In this document: positions 27,748 to 36,918 of the stretch, in pieces
Layout: each line of letters starts with the position of its first letter
Position numbering within the stretch: the stretch's first letter is position 1
Origin: an uncultured Spirochaetota bacterium
GTDB lineage: Bacteria > Spirochaetota > Spirochaetia > SZUA-6 > Fen-1364
Assembly (NCBI GenBank): GCA_963781885.1
Contig: CAWAHW010000004.1
Span: forward strand, 64,001 to 128,000
Reading direction: 5' to 3'
DNA length: 64,000 bases
Notes under the pieces: generated by a model
The model's input: only the letters and a program-made list of their open reading frames with translations
Database searches by the model: none
Told to the model about the DNA's origin: nothing
Translations under genes and position numbers: made by a program

Positions 27748-29184
27748 ATGAAGAAACACACCCTCGTCATTGCCCTTTGTGCCGGCCTGCTCTGCCTCAT
27801 GATCCTTGGCTGCGCAACCCCCTTCTACCAGGACCGACGGCGCGCCCTCATTTACTCGCCCCCCGCGTCCTTCCATCCCTACAGCACGGCGCTCGCAAAG
27901 GAGCTGGGATACAAGGAGCAGTGGAAGCTTCCGCTCGCGGGCACGACGAACGTCGACGCGGCGAGCCTCCAGATCACACGGATCACGGACGAATCCTTCG
28001 TCGCGTCGCTGAAGGAGACGCCGCTCGCGGGAGAGCGCACGACCAATTTCCTGGTGAGCGGCATCCACACTGCCTCCCCACGGATCGTTTCCCGCAGCTT
28101 CCCCGGCACCATCCTCCCCGTGGGCGGGGAGATCTACTGCGTGGAAGAGACCTCGACGGGCTTCTCGCTCTCCGCATACGATGAGAACATGTCCCCGACG
28201 GACGTGAAAAAGATCACCTGCTACAAGTACAAGCACGCGGAGAACAACATGCTGGACTCCACCAGCACCGGCAATTTCCACGAGGAGGGCAACATCAGCT
28301 CGTACTTCTACGCGGATCCCTACATCGTGTTCACCTCCGTCAACTATTCCACGGACAAGTATTACGCCTCCACGCACTACCAATCCCAGGCCGTGTCCGC
28401 CAACACCGTCCAGTTCATCTGCGTGAACCTGCTCACCGGGGACACGTTCAGGACCGCGGAGGTGAACTTCGGCCCCTATTACAAGAGCCAGAACAACAAG
28501 GCGCTCCCCGGCGTGCTCACACCCTCCAGTTCCGCCTTTTTCGTCATCCCGGACCAGGTGGCCTTCGCCTTCACCCTCACGGATGACCAGAAGGACTCGT
28601 ATCTTTGCTACTTCACGCCCGAAGCGGGGAAGGACGCCGGGATCCGCGTCGATACGGCAGAGAACATCGTGAAGATGTTCCCCTCCCTGACGCTTACCAA
28701 CCAGGTGGTCATGGAGGAGACCGCCGAGATCCGCATCCTGCGACAGGCAATCAGCACCGGCGGGACGATAACCCTCGCAGGGGAGGACAGGCCGGTGATC
28801 GCGTTCCAGGGGATCCCCGGGGATGGCTTTCTCATCTATTCGCGTGAGAAGGCACGGAACGGTTCACCGTGCAGCCTGTTCTACACGGACCTCACCCTCC
28901 AGACCGTCCGCTGGAAACACGACTTTGCTAAGGGCGTGACGGTATCCGAGGGAGTCGTGAACACGGCGGATGGGAATGTCCTGCTCACGGACTGCGATGC
29001 GTCCGGGGGCGGGCTCCTGCTCGTGAAGATGCTCCAGACGGGAAACGAGAGCAGGCTGGTACCGGTGAACGTCGTGCAAAAGGACTTGGACGCCGATGCC
29101 GCGGGGTACTGCTTCGTCGGCGGCGGACTTGCCCTGTACGACGACCAGTCCGGAACGGTGTCGTACTTCATCCAGCAGAAATGA
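27748..29184 (+). CDS. Hypothetical lipoprotein
   Basis: Lipobox ILGC after a hydrophobic leader, beta-rich sequence, tightly packed between its neighbours. Confidence 0.7.
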   Translation: MKKHTLVIALCAGLLCLMILGCATPFYQDRRRALIYSPPASFHPYSTALAKELGYKEQWKLPLAGTTNVDAASLQITRITDESFVASLKETPLAGERTTNFLVSGIHTASPRIVSRSFPGTILPVGGEIYCVEETSTGFSLSAYDENMSPTDVKKITCYKYKHAENNMLDSTSTGNFHEEGNISSYFYADPYIVFTSVNYSTDKYYASTHYQSQAVSANTVQFICVNLLTGDTFRTAEVNFGPYYKSQNNKALPGVLTPSSSAFFVIPDQVAFAFTLTDDQKDSYLCYFTPEAGKDAGIRVDTAENIVKMFPSLTLTNQVVMEETAEIRILRQAISTGGTITLAGEDRPVIAFQGIPGDGFLIYSREKARNGSPCSLFYTDLTLQTVRWKHDFAKGVTVSEGVVNTADGNVLLTDCDASGGGLLLVKMLQTGNESRLVPVNVVQKDLDADAAGYCFVGGGLALYDDQSGTVSYFIQQK

Positions 29185-30890
29185 GCTCTCTCCTTCCCCG
29201 CATGAAGCTCCTGCGATACGTCCCTGGCGTCTTCATTCTGCTCACCATGCTGGGATGCGTGACCCGGCTCACGCCGGCACCCGGTCTGTTCCCTCCGGGC
29301 GAATGGAATGGCACTCCGGTCGTGCAGACCGAGTACGGCCTGGTTTCCGGGGCTGCCGATGCCGAACGCACGTGGGCATGGAAAGGAATCCCGTACGCGG
29401 CGCCGCCCGTCGGGGATTTGCGGTGGAAAGCCCCCCGACCGCCCGCCTCCTGGCAGGGGATCCGAGAGGCGGACCGGTTCGGCAATTCATCTGCGCAAGT
29501 CGTGCCCATCCTGGGGCAAATTGGTTCCGAGGACTGCCTGTATCTCAACGTCTGGAGGCCGAAAAGCGCAGAAGGAATGCTTCCGGTGTACGTATTCGTC
29601 CACGGCGGAGGAAACACCATCGGAAGCTCGGACCTTCCCGACTACCATGGCAACGCGGTGGCTGCGCGGTCGAACATGGTCTACGTGTCCCTCAACTACC
29701 GCCTGTCCGTATTTGGATGGTTCCGCTCACCGGCGCTGACGGCGGGTGAGTCGGCGCTGGACGCTTCGGGCAACTATGGGACGCTGGACATCATCGCGGC
29801 GCTTCGGTGGGTCAAGGAAAACATCGCGGCATTCGGCGGCGATCAATCCAGGGTGACGGTGGCGGGAGAATCCGCGGGTGGTTTCAACGTGCTGTCACTC
29901 CTCGTTTCTCCCGAGGCGGAGGGTCTGTTCCAGAGGGCCGTCGTGGAGAGCGGCATGACGGTGATGGAGAGCACGGAGACGGCAGAGCATGCCGCCAGGA
30001 CAATCACCCTGAAGCTCCTTGTGCGCCGTGGAAAGGCGAAGAACATGCAGGATGCCGCGGCGGTGCTCGATGCAATGTCTGACACCGACATTCGCGCCTT
30101 CCTCTATTCCGTGCCCACATCGGACTTTCTCCGGTCACTGGACAAGAGCCCGGTCGGGCTTGCAATGGCGGACTGGCCCACCATCTACGCGGACGGAGCC
30201 GTGCTGCCTTCAGCAGGGTACAGGGTATTCGGGGACGGAAGCTATCCGAACAAGGTTCCCCTCGTCATCGGGACAAACAAGGATGAGGCCAAGCTCTTCA
30301 TGTTCTTTGGCAAGCAGTATCAGCAGGACCCCGCACTCTATGACGCCATCGCAGCCTACCGCACCGCGTTGTGGCGCTACGCGGGCGTGGACTCCGTGGC
30401 GCAGGGGATAACCGCGCAGGAGGGGCATCCGCCGGTGTATGCGTATCGCTTCGACTGGGGCAGCCCTGACACCCGCGGCCGAAGCCCCTTGCCGGGCGAC
30501 CTTGGACGGCGGTTGGGCGCCTTCCACTCCACGGAAATTCCTTTCTTCCTTGGCACGGGCAGGAATTCCGTCTCATTCATGACGGGGCAGTTCTTTACCG
30601 CGGCCAACGAGCCCGGCCGAAAGGTTCTCACCGAAGCGGCCATGCGCTATCTCGCAGCCTTTGCACGGACGGGCAATCCGAACGACGCAACTGGCGCCTC
30701 GCTTCCCGCCTGGGAGCCTTGGGACCCCGCGGACGGAGGATTCAAGGCCCTCGTCATGGACGTTGACGGGGACGCGTTGCACTTTTCCGCCCTGCATGAA
30801 AGCCCGTCGCTCGCATCGATCAAGTCCACGGCACCGGCCTCGTACGGCGCCGGAGCTGACATGGGATTGCTGCGGGAGATCGCAGAGTAG
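29181..30890 (+). CDS. Type-B carboxylesterase lipoprotein
   Basis: Lipobox MLGC, WKGIPYAAPPVGDLRW, SEDCLYLNVW, HGGG, GESAG, GTNKDE, GAFHSTEI. Confidence 0.92.
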   Translation: MSSLLPRMKLLRYVPGVFILLTMLGCVTRLTPAPGLFPPGEWNGTPVVQTEYGLVSGAADAERTWAWKGIPYAAPPVGDLRWKAPRPPASWQGIREADRFGNSSAQVVPILGQIGSEDCLYLNVWRPKSAEGMLPVYVFVHGGGNTIGSSDLPDYHGNAVAARSNMVYVSLNYRLSVFGWFRSPALTAGESALDASGNYGTLDIIAALRWVKENIAAFGGDQSRVTVAGESAGGFNVLSLLVSPEAEGLFQRAVVESGMTVMESTETAEHAARTITLKLLVRRGKAKNMQDAAAVLDAMSDTDIRAFLYSVPTSDFLRSLDKSPVGLAMADWPTIYADGAVLPSAGYRVFGDGSYPNKVPLVIGTNKDEAKLFMFFGKQYQQDPALYDAIAAYRTALWRYAGVDSVAQGITAQEGHPPVYAYRFDWGSPDTRGRSPLPGDLGRRLGAFHSTEIPFFLGTGRNSVSFMTGQFFTAANEPGRKVLTEAAMRYLAAFARTGNPNDATGASLPAWEPWDPADGGFKALVMDVDGDALHFSALHESPSLASIKSTAPASYGAGADMGLLREIAE

Positions 30891-30989
30891 CGCCTGCAGG
30901 ACTTCCGCGTCGGGCGTGTCCTCGGCGCTGGATCGCCTGCAATCACGCCGTGGCCGCCCCGACGCTGCATAAGTACATTGACGCCACCA

Positions 30990-31925
30990 ATGCGTTCTCA
31001 CAGAACAGAATCCCCGGAGTCGGAATCCACGGCTCCTCCGCTCTCCGCGCCCCGCGCGGCCGGCGTGGAGCGCCTCAAGGCATATGTCGAGCTCACCAAG
31101 CCGCGCATCCTGGTCCTGTTGGTGATCGTGGCACTCGCTTCCTTCTATCTCGCCTCCCCCCGCACCCTGGACTGGGGAAGGCTGGTGTCGGCTGCGGTGG
31201 GGATCTCCACGCTCGCCGCGGGCATCCTTGCGCTCAACGGGCACTGGGAGCGTGGCTCGGACGCCCTCATGCGGCGTACGGCTGGCCGGCCTGTTCCCAG
31301 CGGCCGGCTCTCACCGCGCGAGGCGTTTGCGTTCGGCACGGCGGCCACCACCGCGGCGGTCGCGTTCATCACCTTCCGGCTGGGGTGGATCGCCGGGGCG
31401 GCCGCGCTCTTCACATTCGCAAGCTACGTGCTTGTCTACACGCCGCTCAAACGGCGCACCGCGTGGCACACCACTCTCGGCGCGCTCTCCGGCGCCATGC
31501 CCCCGCTCCTGGGGTGGGCGTCGGCGCGCGGTGCGCTGAGCCTCGAGGCATGGGCCCTTTTCGCCATGCTCTTCTTCTGGCAGTTCCCCCATTTCCTGGC
31601 AATTGCGACGATGTACGGCGAGGACTACGCGCGCGCGGGCATCAAGGTGCTGCCGGCGGTGGATGCGAAGGGCGGCGGGCTCACCGCCTCACTCATCGTG
31701 GCAAGTCTCGTGCTCCTTCTGGCCGCCAGCATGCTGCCCTGGCTCACCGGGCTTTCCGGCACCGTCTACCTCGTGGGCGCGGCAGCGGCTGGCGCGGGAT
31801 TCGCCGCTTCGGGGGTTCTCCTGCTTGCACGACGCACCAGGCGCAGCGCCCGGATGGTCCTCCGCGCCTCGGTGCTTTACCTGCCCGTCGTGTTCGCGCT
31901 CATGGTCTTCGACGTGGTACGCTGA
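30990..31925 (+). CDS. cyoE: Protoheme IX farnesyltransferase (heme O synthase)
   Basis: YVELTKPRI, DALMRRTAGRPVPSG, VYTPLKR, GAMPPLLGW, FFWQFPHFLAIA..EDYARAG. Confidence 0.9.
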   Translation: MRSHRTESPESESTAPPLSAPRAAGVERLKAYVELTKPRILVLLVIVALASFYLASPRTLDWGRLVSAAVGISTLAAGILALNGHWERGSDALMRRTAGRPVPSGRLSPREAFAFGTAATTAAVAFITFRLGWIAGAAALFTFASYVLVYTPLKRRTAWHTTLGALSGAMPPLLGWASARGALSLEAWALFAMLFFWQFPHFLAIATMYGEDYARAGIKVLPAVDAKGGGLTASLIVASLVLLLAASMLPWLTGLSGTVYLVGAAAAGAGFAASGVLLLARRTRRSARMVLRASVLYLPVVFALMVFDVVR

Positions 31926-32018
31926 GCGCGGAACGGGGCGGCAGGGCCCTTTCGGCGGCGCTCCCCGCCCCTGCGCGGCGGCGGCAGGGCCGCCACAATC
32001 GGGCTGCAACGGCGTCGG

Positions 32019-33227
32019 TTAATGCAGGAGGAACGCATCCAGCTCCCGCGTGGCTCGATCGAGCAGCCCGTTGAGACTCATGAAATCATAGGCGTCCGAA
32101 ATCGCTTCCTGGAACGATCTTCGCGGAACGTAGCCTATCGCTTTCGTTGTCTCTTCGTTCGAATAGAAGCTGGGAAATGATCCAGCCCGCGCGGCCGCGC
32201 GGCTGAGAAGACAGGGGGTTCCGCGCAGGAGCGCCGCCTTCTCGGCGAGGAAAGCCGCGATCCGGGTTGCGGGACCCGGCATCACGCAGAAGCTCCTTCT
32301 CACGCGGCGGTGAGGCTCCTTTTCACGCACAACTTCGGCGATGATCCGAAGCATGTCGGCCAAATACCGATTGTCCTCAGGCTTGCCCGAGACGATGTAC
32401 CGGCTGCCCGGCACACCGCGCGTCATCGCAAGAACGTGCCCGCGCACCACGTCCTCCACGTGGGCCAGGGGAAAGCCGGCGCGCGATGCGGCGGGTATCG
32501 CGTTGCGTCGAACGAGCGCGATGTAAAGGGAGGGGCCGACGAGCGTGTCGAGCGGCCCGAAGAAGGTGCCGGGCAGCACAGAGACGACGTCCATCCCCTC
32601 CTCCCGCACTGCCCTGTCGACGATCTCCTGCGCGGCAAGCTTGGAATCCAAATACCCGATTCCGATCCGGCGTTCCCAGGCTCCCGATTCCCGACCATCG
32701 TGCACGGCATCGGCGAACGCAAGGGTCTCCTGGGTCGAGTGAAAGGAATGGAGGCGAGGCCGGCTCGCGTAAGGATTGCACGTGGATGCCGTTCCGAGCG
32801 ACCCGGGCGGCGTGGGGCAGCCGAGAATATTCACCGTGCTCGTGTGGCAGACGCGCTTCACGGTCCCGGATTCAGCGGCGGCGCGGAGAACGTTGCGGGT
32901 TCCCTCGACGTTGACATGCCATTGGATCCGCTTCAGCCGGGGATCGAAGCTGGTGATCCCCGCGGTATGGAAAATGAGTGTGCATCCGCGGCAGGCATCC
33001 GCAACCTGGTCCGGTTCAAGGATGTCGCCGGGCCAACGCTCGATGCCGGGCAAATCCCTCAACGACCAGGTCGGTCCTCCCTTCAGGTAGAAGACCCTGA
33101 TCGATTCTTCGGGGACATTCTCCTCGCCGACGAGGTGCCGGGCCATGTTTGCGCCGAGAAACCCCGTGCCGCCGGTGATCAGGATCCGTTCGCGGGTCAG
33201 GTCCGGGTTGGGGATCGCGCCATTCAT
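32019..33227 (-). CDS. NAD-dependent epimerase/dehydratase (extended SDR, HpnA/DFR-like)
   Basis: ILITGGTGFLG, GDI, FHTAG, VNVEGTRNV, HTST, YLDSK, HVEDVVRGH. Confidence 0.87.
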   Translation of the reverse strand: MNGAIPNPDLTRERILITGGTGFLGANMARHLVGEENVPEESIRVFYLKGGPTWSLRDLPGIERWPGDILEPDQVADACRGCTLIFHTAGITSFDPRLKRIQWHVNVEGTRNVLRAAAESGTVKRVCHTSTVNILGCPTPPGSLGTASTCNPYASRPRLHSFHSTQETLAFADAVHDGRESGAWERRIGIGYLDSKLAAQEIVDRAVREEGMDVVSVLPGTFFGPLDTLVGPSLYIALVRRNAIPAASRAGFPLAHVEDVVRGHVLAMTRGVPGSRYIVSGKPEDNRYLADMLRIIAEVVREKEPHRRVRRSFCVMPGPATRIAAFLAEKAALLRGTPCLLSRAAARAGSFPSFYSNEETTKAIGYVPRRSFQEAISDAYDFMSLNGLLDRATRELDAFLLH

Positions 33228-33441
33228 GAGCACGCCGCCACTATAGGGAAGAACAGGCGCGCCGTCACTCCCCGGCAAAGACCTCGCGGCCTCAAGGACA
33301 TTTCTAAAGAGTCCACGACCGCACCGGATTTGCCGCTTTTTCGGATCGCCCTATACTCGACTCAATCTTTATCCCTTTTTCCCTTCAGCACACGACCGCC
33401 CACGGTCGGGACACGCGAAGGAAGCCGCGAAAGGAGCAGCT

Positions 33442-34434
33442 ATGGCGACGATCTATCATGAGGATGCGGGTGACCTGAAGTGGCTGAAAGGCAAGACGGT
33501 GAGTGTGCTGGGATATGGGAACCAGGGCAGCGCCCAGGCACAGAACATGCGCGACAGCGGCGTCAAGGTCGTGATTGGAAATACCCGCGACGCGTATCTT
33601 GAGAAGGCAAAGGCGGACAAATTCGATGCGTTCGAGATTCCCGAGGCGGTCAGGCGGGCGGACTTCCACGTCCTGCTCATCGCCGATGAGGTCATGCCGC
33701 AGGTGTTCGACAAGGATATCCGTCCGTCCTTGAAGCCCGGACAGGCCATCGTCGTGTCCAGCGGCTACAATGTAGCCTTCGGGTTTCTGCGCTACCCCGC
33801 CGACGTCGACGTGCTGATGATCGCTCCCCGCACCATCGGCACCGCGGTGCGCAAGACCTACCTGAATGGCAAGGGCTTTGCCAGCCTCGTCGGCGTGCAC
33901 CACGACGCAACCGGCCACGCCCGGGAGGTCATGCTCGCGCTGGCACGGGCAATCGGCACGTTGAAGTGCGCGGGGGTCGAGTCAAGCTGCGACGAAGAAG
34001 CACTGTGCGATCTGTTCAACGAGCAGAGCGGCGGCCTGTACGCGTGGCGGCGCGCCTACGAGATGCTGGTGGAAGCCGGCGCGAGCCCCGAGGCGGCGAT
34101 GCTGGAGTTCTGGGCCTCCGGCGAATTGTCGGATGTCGCGGAAGTCATTCAGACCCATGGCCTGTTCGGGCAGGTGTCGTTCCACAGCCTCACGAGCCAA
34201 TACGGGCAGCAGGTGACGGGGCGGCACTCCACCGCCGAGGAAGAGGTGGAGCGGACGCGCCTGCGCGGAATCATCAACAGGATCAAGGACGGGACGTTTG
34301 CAAAGGAGTGGAGCCTCGAGCAGCAGGCAGGCTATCCCACGCTGAACCGGGTTCACCAGCAGAACATGACTCACCCCATGACGCCCATCGAAGAAAGGCT
34401 TTTGCGTGAAATGGGCTTCTGGAAGAAGGAGTGA
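33442..34434 (+). CDS. Ketol-acid reductoisomerase-like protein (divergent IlvC paralog)
   Basis: GKTVSVLGYGNQG..NMRDSG, IADE, DLFNEQ, IKDGTFAKEW. Several canonical motifs are altered, so the ilvC symbol is withheld. Confidence 0.85.
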   Translation: MATIYHEDAGDLKWLKGKTVSVLGYGNQGSAQAQNMRDSGVKVVIGNTRDAYLEKAKADKFDAFEIPEAVRRADFHVLLIADEVMPQVFDKDIRPSLKPGQAIVVSSGYNVAFGFLRYPADVDVLMIAPRTIGTAVRKTYLNGKGFASLVGVHHDATGHAREVMLALARAIGTLKCAGVESSCDEEALCDLFNEQSGGLYAWRRAYEMLVEAGASPEAAMLEFWASGELSDVAEVIQTHGLFGQVSFHSLTSQYGQQVTGRHSTAEEEVERTRLRGIINRIKDGTFAKEWSLEQQAGYPTLNRVHQQNMTHPMTPIEERLLREMGFWKKE

Positions 34435-34450
34435 CCGGGAAGGATCCTCC

Positions 34451-35305
34451 ATGAAAAAAGCAATCACCCTGCGCATGTTCCCCGATGAGCTCGCGACGCT
34501 GCGGCGCGTGGAGATCGCGCGCGACGCGGGCTTCGAAGCCGTGGAGGTGAACCTGGAGCCGTGGCAGGAGTACTCGCTGGACACCGATGAGAGCGAGCTG
34601 GTGTGGCTTCGCAAAGACATCGAGGCGCGCGGCATGCAGGTGAGCGCCGTCTACGACCGGGAGCAGTGGCACTATCCCATGTCCAGCCGGGACCCGAAAA
34701 CGCGCGACCGATGCGGGCTCATCATCGAGCGCCTTGCGCGGGCCGCGGTGGCGCTGGGGGCGGACACGGTGCTGGTCATGCCGGGGGCGGTGGACAACAG
34801 CGTGCTTGCTCCACACCCGGAGATCGTTCCCTATGCAGATGCCTATAGAAACGCCCAGGAGGTTCTGCGCCGCGTGGCGCTTTCGGCAGGAGAGAAGCAC
34901 CGGGTTCATCTTGCCGCTGAGAATTGCCCGGGCAAGTTCCTGATCACTCCGCTGGAGTTTGCGCGATTCCTGGACGAGATCGACAGCGAATGGGTGAGCG
35001 GCTGTTTCGACATCGGAAACGCCCTCTGGTATGGCTACCCGGAACATCGGATCCCGGTGCTCGGCGCGCGGATCTGGCGCGTCCACGTGAAGGACAACCG
35101 CCTTCTGGGCGGGGGCGCCGTGGCCGCCGCCCCCCTGCTCGCCGGGGACGTGAACTGGCCCGCGGTGCGCGAAGCGCTGGCGGCAACGGGTTACGACTCC
35201 TGGCTTACAGCGGAGGTGCTCCCTGCGTATCGTTATCACGGCGAACGGCTGATCCATGAGACGAGCGCCAGCATGGACGCAATCTTTCGTCCCCCAGAAG
35301 TGTAG
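34451..35305 (+). CDS. Sugar phosphate isomerase/epimerase (xylose-isomerase-like TIM barrel)
   Basis: AGFEAVE, LGADTVLVMPG, AAEN, FDIGN, VHVKD, GDVNWPAV..GYDSWLTAE. Confidence 0.87.
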   Translation: MKKAITLRMFPDELATLRRVEIARDAGFEAVEVNLEPWQEYSLDTDESELVWLRKDIEARGMQVSAVYDREQWHYPMSSRDPKTRDRCGLIIERLARAAVALGADTVLVMPGAVDNSVLAPHPEIVPYADAYRNAQEVLRRVALSAGEKHRVHLAAENCPGKFLITPLEFARFLDEIDSEWVSGCFDIGNALWYGYPEHRIPVLGARIWRVHVKDNRLLGGGAVAAAPLLAGDVNWPAVREALAATGYDSWLTAEVLPAYRYHGERLIHETSASMDAIFRPPEV

Positions 35306-35321
35306 GAAGGCCAGCGCGCGT

Positions 35322-36833
35322 CTATTCGGGCCGGGTCCGGAGCCGGATCACGTTCCATGAAAGGCTTGGAAGGATGGCCCTGAAACCTCCATCGTCCAGC
35401 GTTGTGTCGTCCGTGCGTCGCGGAGCCACCCGTTGGGGTTCTGCCGACGTGTTTCTGGCCTTTGTGTCCCCGTCCGAAAGGACAAGGTGCTCAATGACGG
35501 TGCATGTCTTGAAACCGCTCAACGATCCGCGCAGGAGCAGCTCGTGGTGCGGGCTGCGGTTGACGCAGAAAACCGAGACGGTGCCCGCCCGTGCGTCTTG
35601 CGTTGCGACGCTTTCCAGGAAAGGGACATCGCCGTGCTTTTCGCTTCGGTATGTCGGGCTGCTGACAAGGGTCTTCAGCACGTTCCCCCTGCCGAACCGG
35701 GATGCGTGCAGAAAGGGGTAATACGTCGTCTGCCGCCACGCCGGTCCCGCATTGCTCGTCATGATGGGCGCTATGGCGTTCACAAGCTGCGCGAGACACG
35801 CGATCCGAACGCGATCCGCGTTTTTCAGCAGCGTGATGAGGCAGCATCCGACCACCAGAGCGTCCTCAAGCGTGTAGACATCCTCCAGGAGAGCCGGCCC
35901 CACCGTCCAGGGCTCAACAAGGGCATCAGCCGATTTTGAATGGTACCACACGTTCCATTCGTCGAAGGAAAGCTTCATGAGCTTCCGGCTCCGCATCTTC
36001 GCCTTAACGTAGTCCGCCGTGCTGGCGACGGTTCGGATGAAGGCCGCCATGTCTTGAGACTGGGCAAGGAACTCGGGCAGGTCGTTCGCGGCATTATCCA
36101 GGTAGTAATGGAGCGAGAGGTAATCGACGTCCTCGTAGCATTGCTCCAGCACGGTGGCGTCCCACTCGGGGAAGGTTGGCATATGGCTGCTTGAACTCCC
36201 GCAGGCCACCACCTCAATCGTTCCGTCGACCGTCTTCAGCGCCTTCGCCACCTCGCGGGCCAGCGAGCCGTACTCCATGGCGGACTTGCGTCCGATCTGC
36301 CACTTCCCGTCCATTTCATTGCCCAGGCACCACACCTTGAATCCGAAGGGTGTCAAGGCGCCATGCGCGCAGCGCATGTCGCTCCAATGCGTGCCTCCGG
36401 GGTGGTTGCAATATTCGATGAAGCTCCGCGCCTCGTCTATGCCCCGCGTGCCCAGGTTGAGCGCCGGCATCACCTGGGCTCCCGCCTTGGCGCACCACTC
36501 GTTGAATTCCCTTATGCCTACCCGATTGGGCTCAAGGGAGCGCCACGCCAGGTCCAGTCGACGCGGGCGCGTCTCAAGGGGACCGACGCCGTCTTCCCAA
36601 TTGTACGCCGAAACAAAATTTCCACCGGGGTAGCGCACCAGCGAGACGCCCAGCTCCCTCACCAGCTCAAGCACGTCCCGACGGAAGCCGCTTTCATCGG
36701 CGCTCGCGTGAGAGGGTTCGTAGATTCCCCCGTAGACGGCCCTTCCGACATGCTCTATGAACGAGCTGAAGAGACGGTCGTCCACGGCGGCATGGACGGC
36801 GTCGTCCTGGAATGAAATTGATGCTTCTATCAT
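35322..36833 (-). CDS. abfA: GH51 alpha-L-arabinofuranosidase (cytoplasmic)
   Basis: SFIEHVGRAVYGGIYEP, RYPGGNFVS, WCLGNEMDG, SFDEWNVWY, IACLAQLVN. Confidence 0.93.
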   Translation of the reverse strand: MIEASISFQDDAVHAAVDDRLFSSFIEHVGRAVYGGIYEPSHASADESGFRRDVLELVRELGVSLVRYPGGNFVSAYNWEDGVGPLETRPRRLDLAWRSLEPNRVGIREFNEWCAKAGAQVMPALNLGTRGIDEARSFIEYCNHPGGTHWSDMRCAHGALTPFGFKVWCLGNEMDGKWQIGRKSAMEYGSLAREVAKALKTVDGTIEVVACGSSSSHMPTFPEWDATVLEQCYEDVDYLSLHYYLDNAANDLPEFLAQSQDMAAFIRTVASTADYVKAKMRSRKLMKLSFDEWNVWYHSKSADALVEPWTVGPALLEDVYTLEDALVVGCCLITLLKNADRVRIACLAQLVNAIAPIMTSNAGPAWRQTTYYPFLHASRFGRGNVLKTLVSSPTYRSEKHGDVPFLESVATQDARAGTVSVFCVNRSPHHELLLRGSLSGFKTCTVIEHLVLSDGDTKARNTSAEPQRVAPRRTDDTTLDDGGFRAILPSLSWNVIRLRTRPE

Positions 36834-36918
36834 CCGAACCTCCCTGCAACCAGGAAACCTTCAGGCGACATTCCCCGGCGAAACCTCCACAATCCGACGT
36901 GCGTGCCGGATGCATGGC

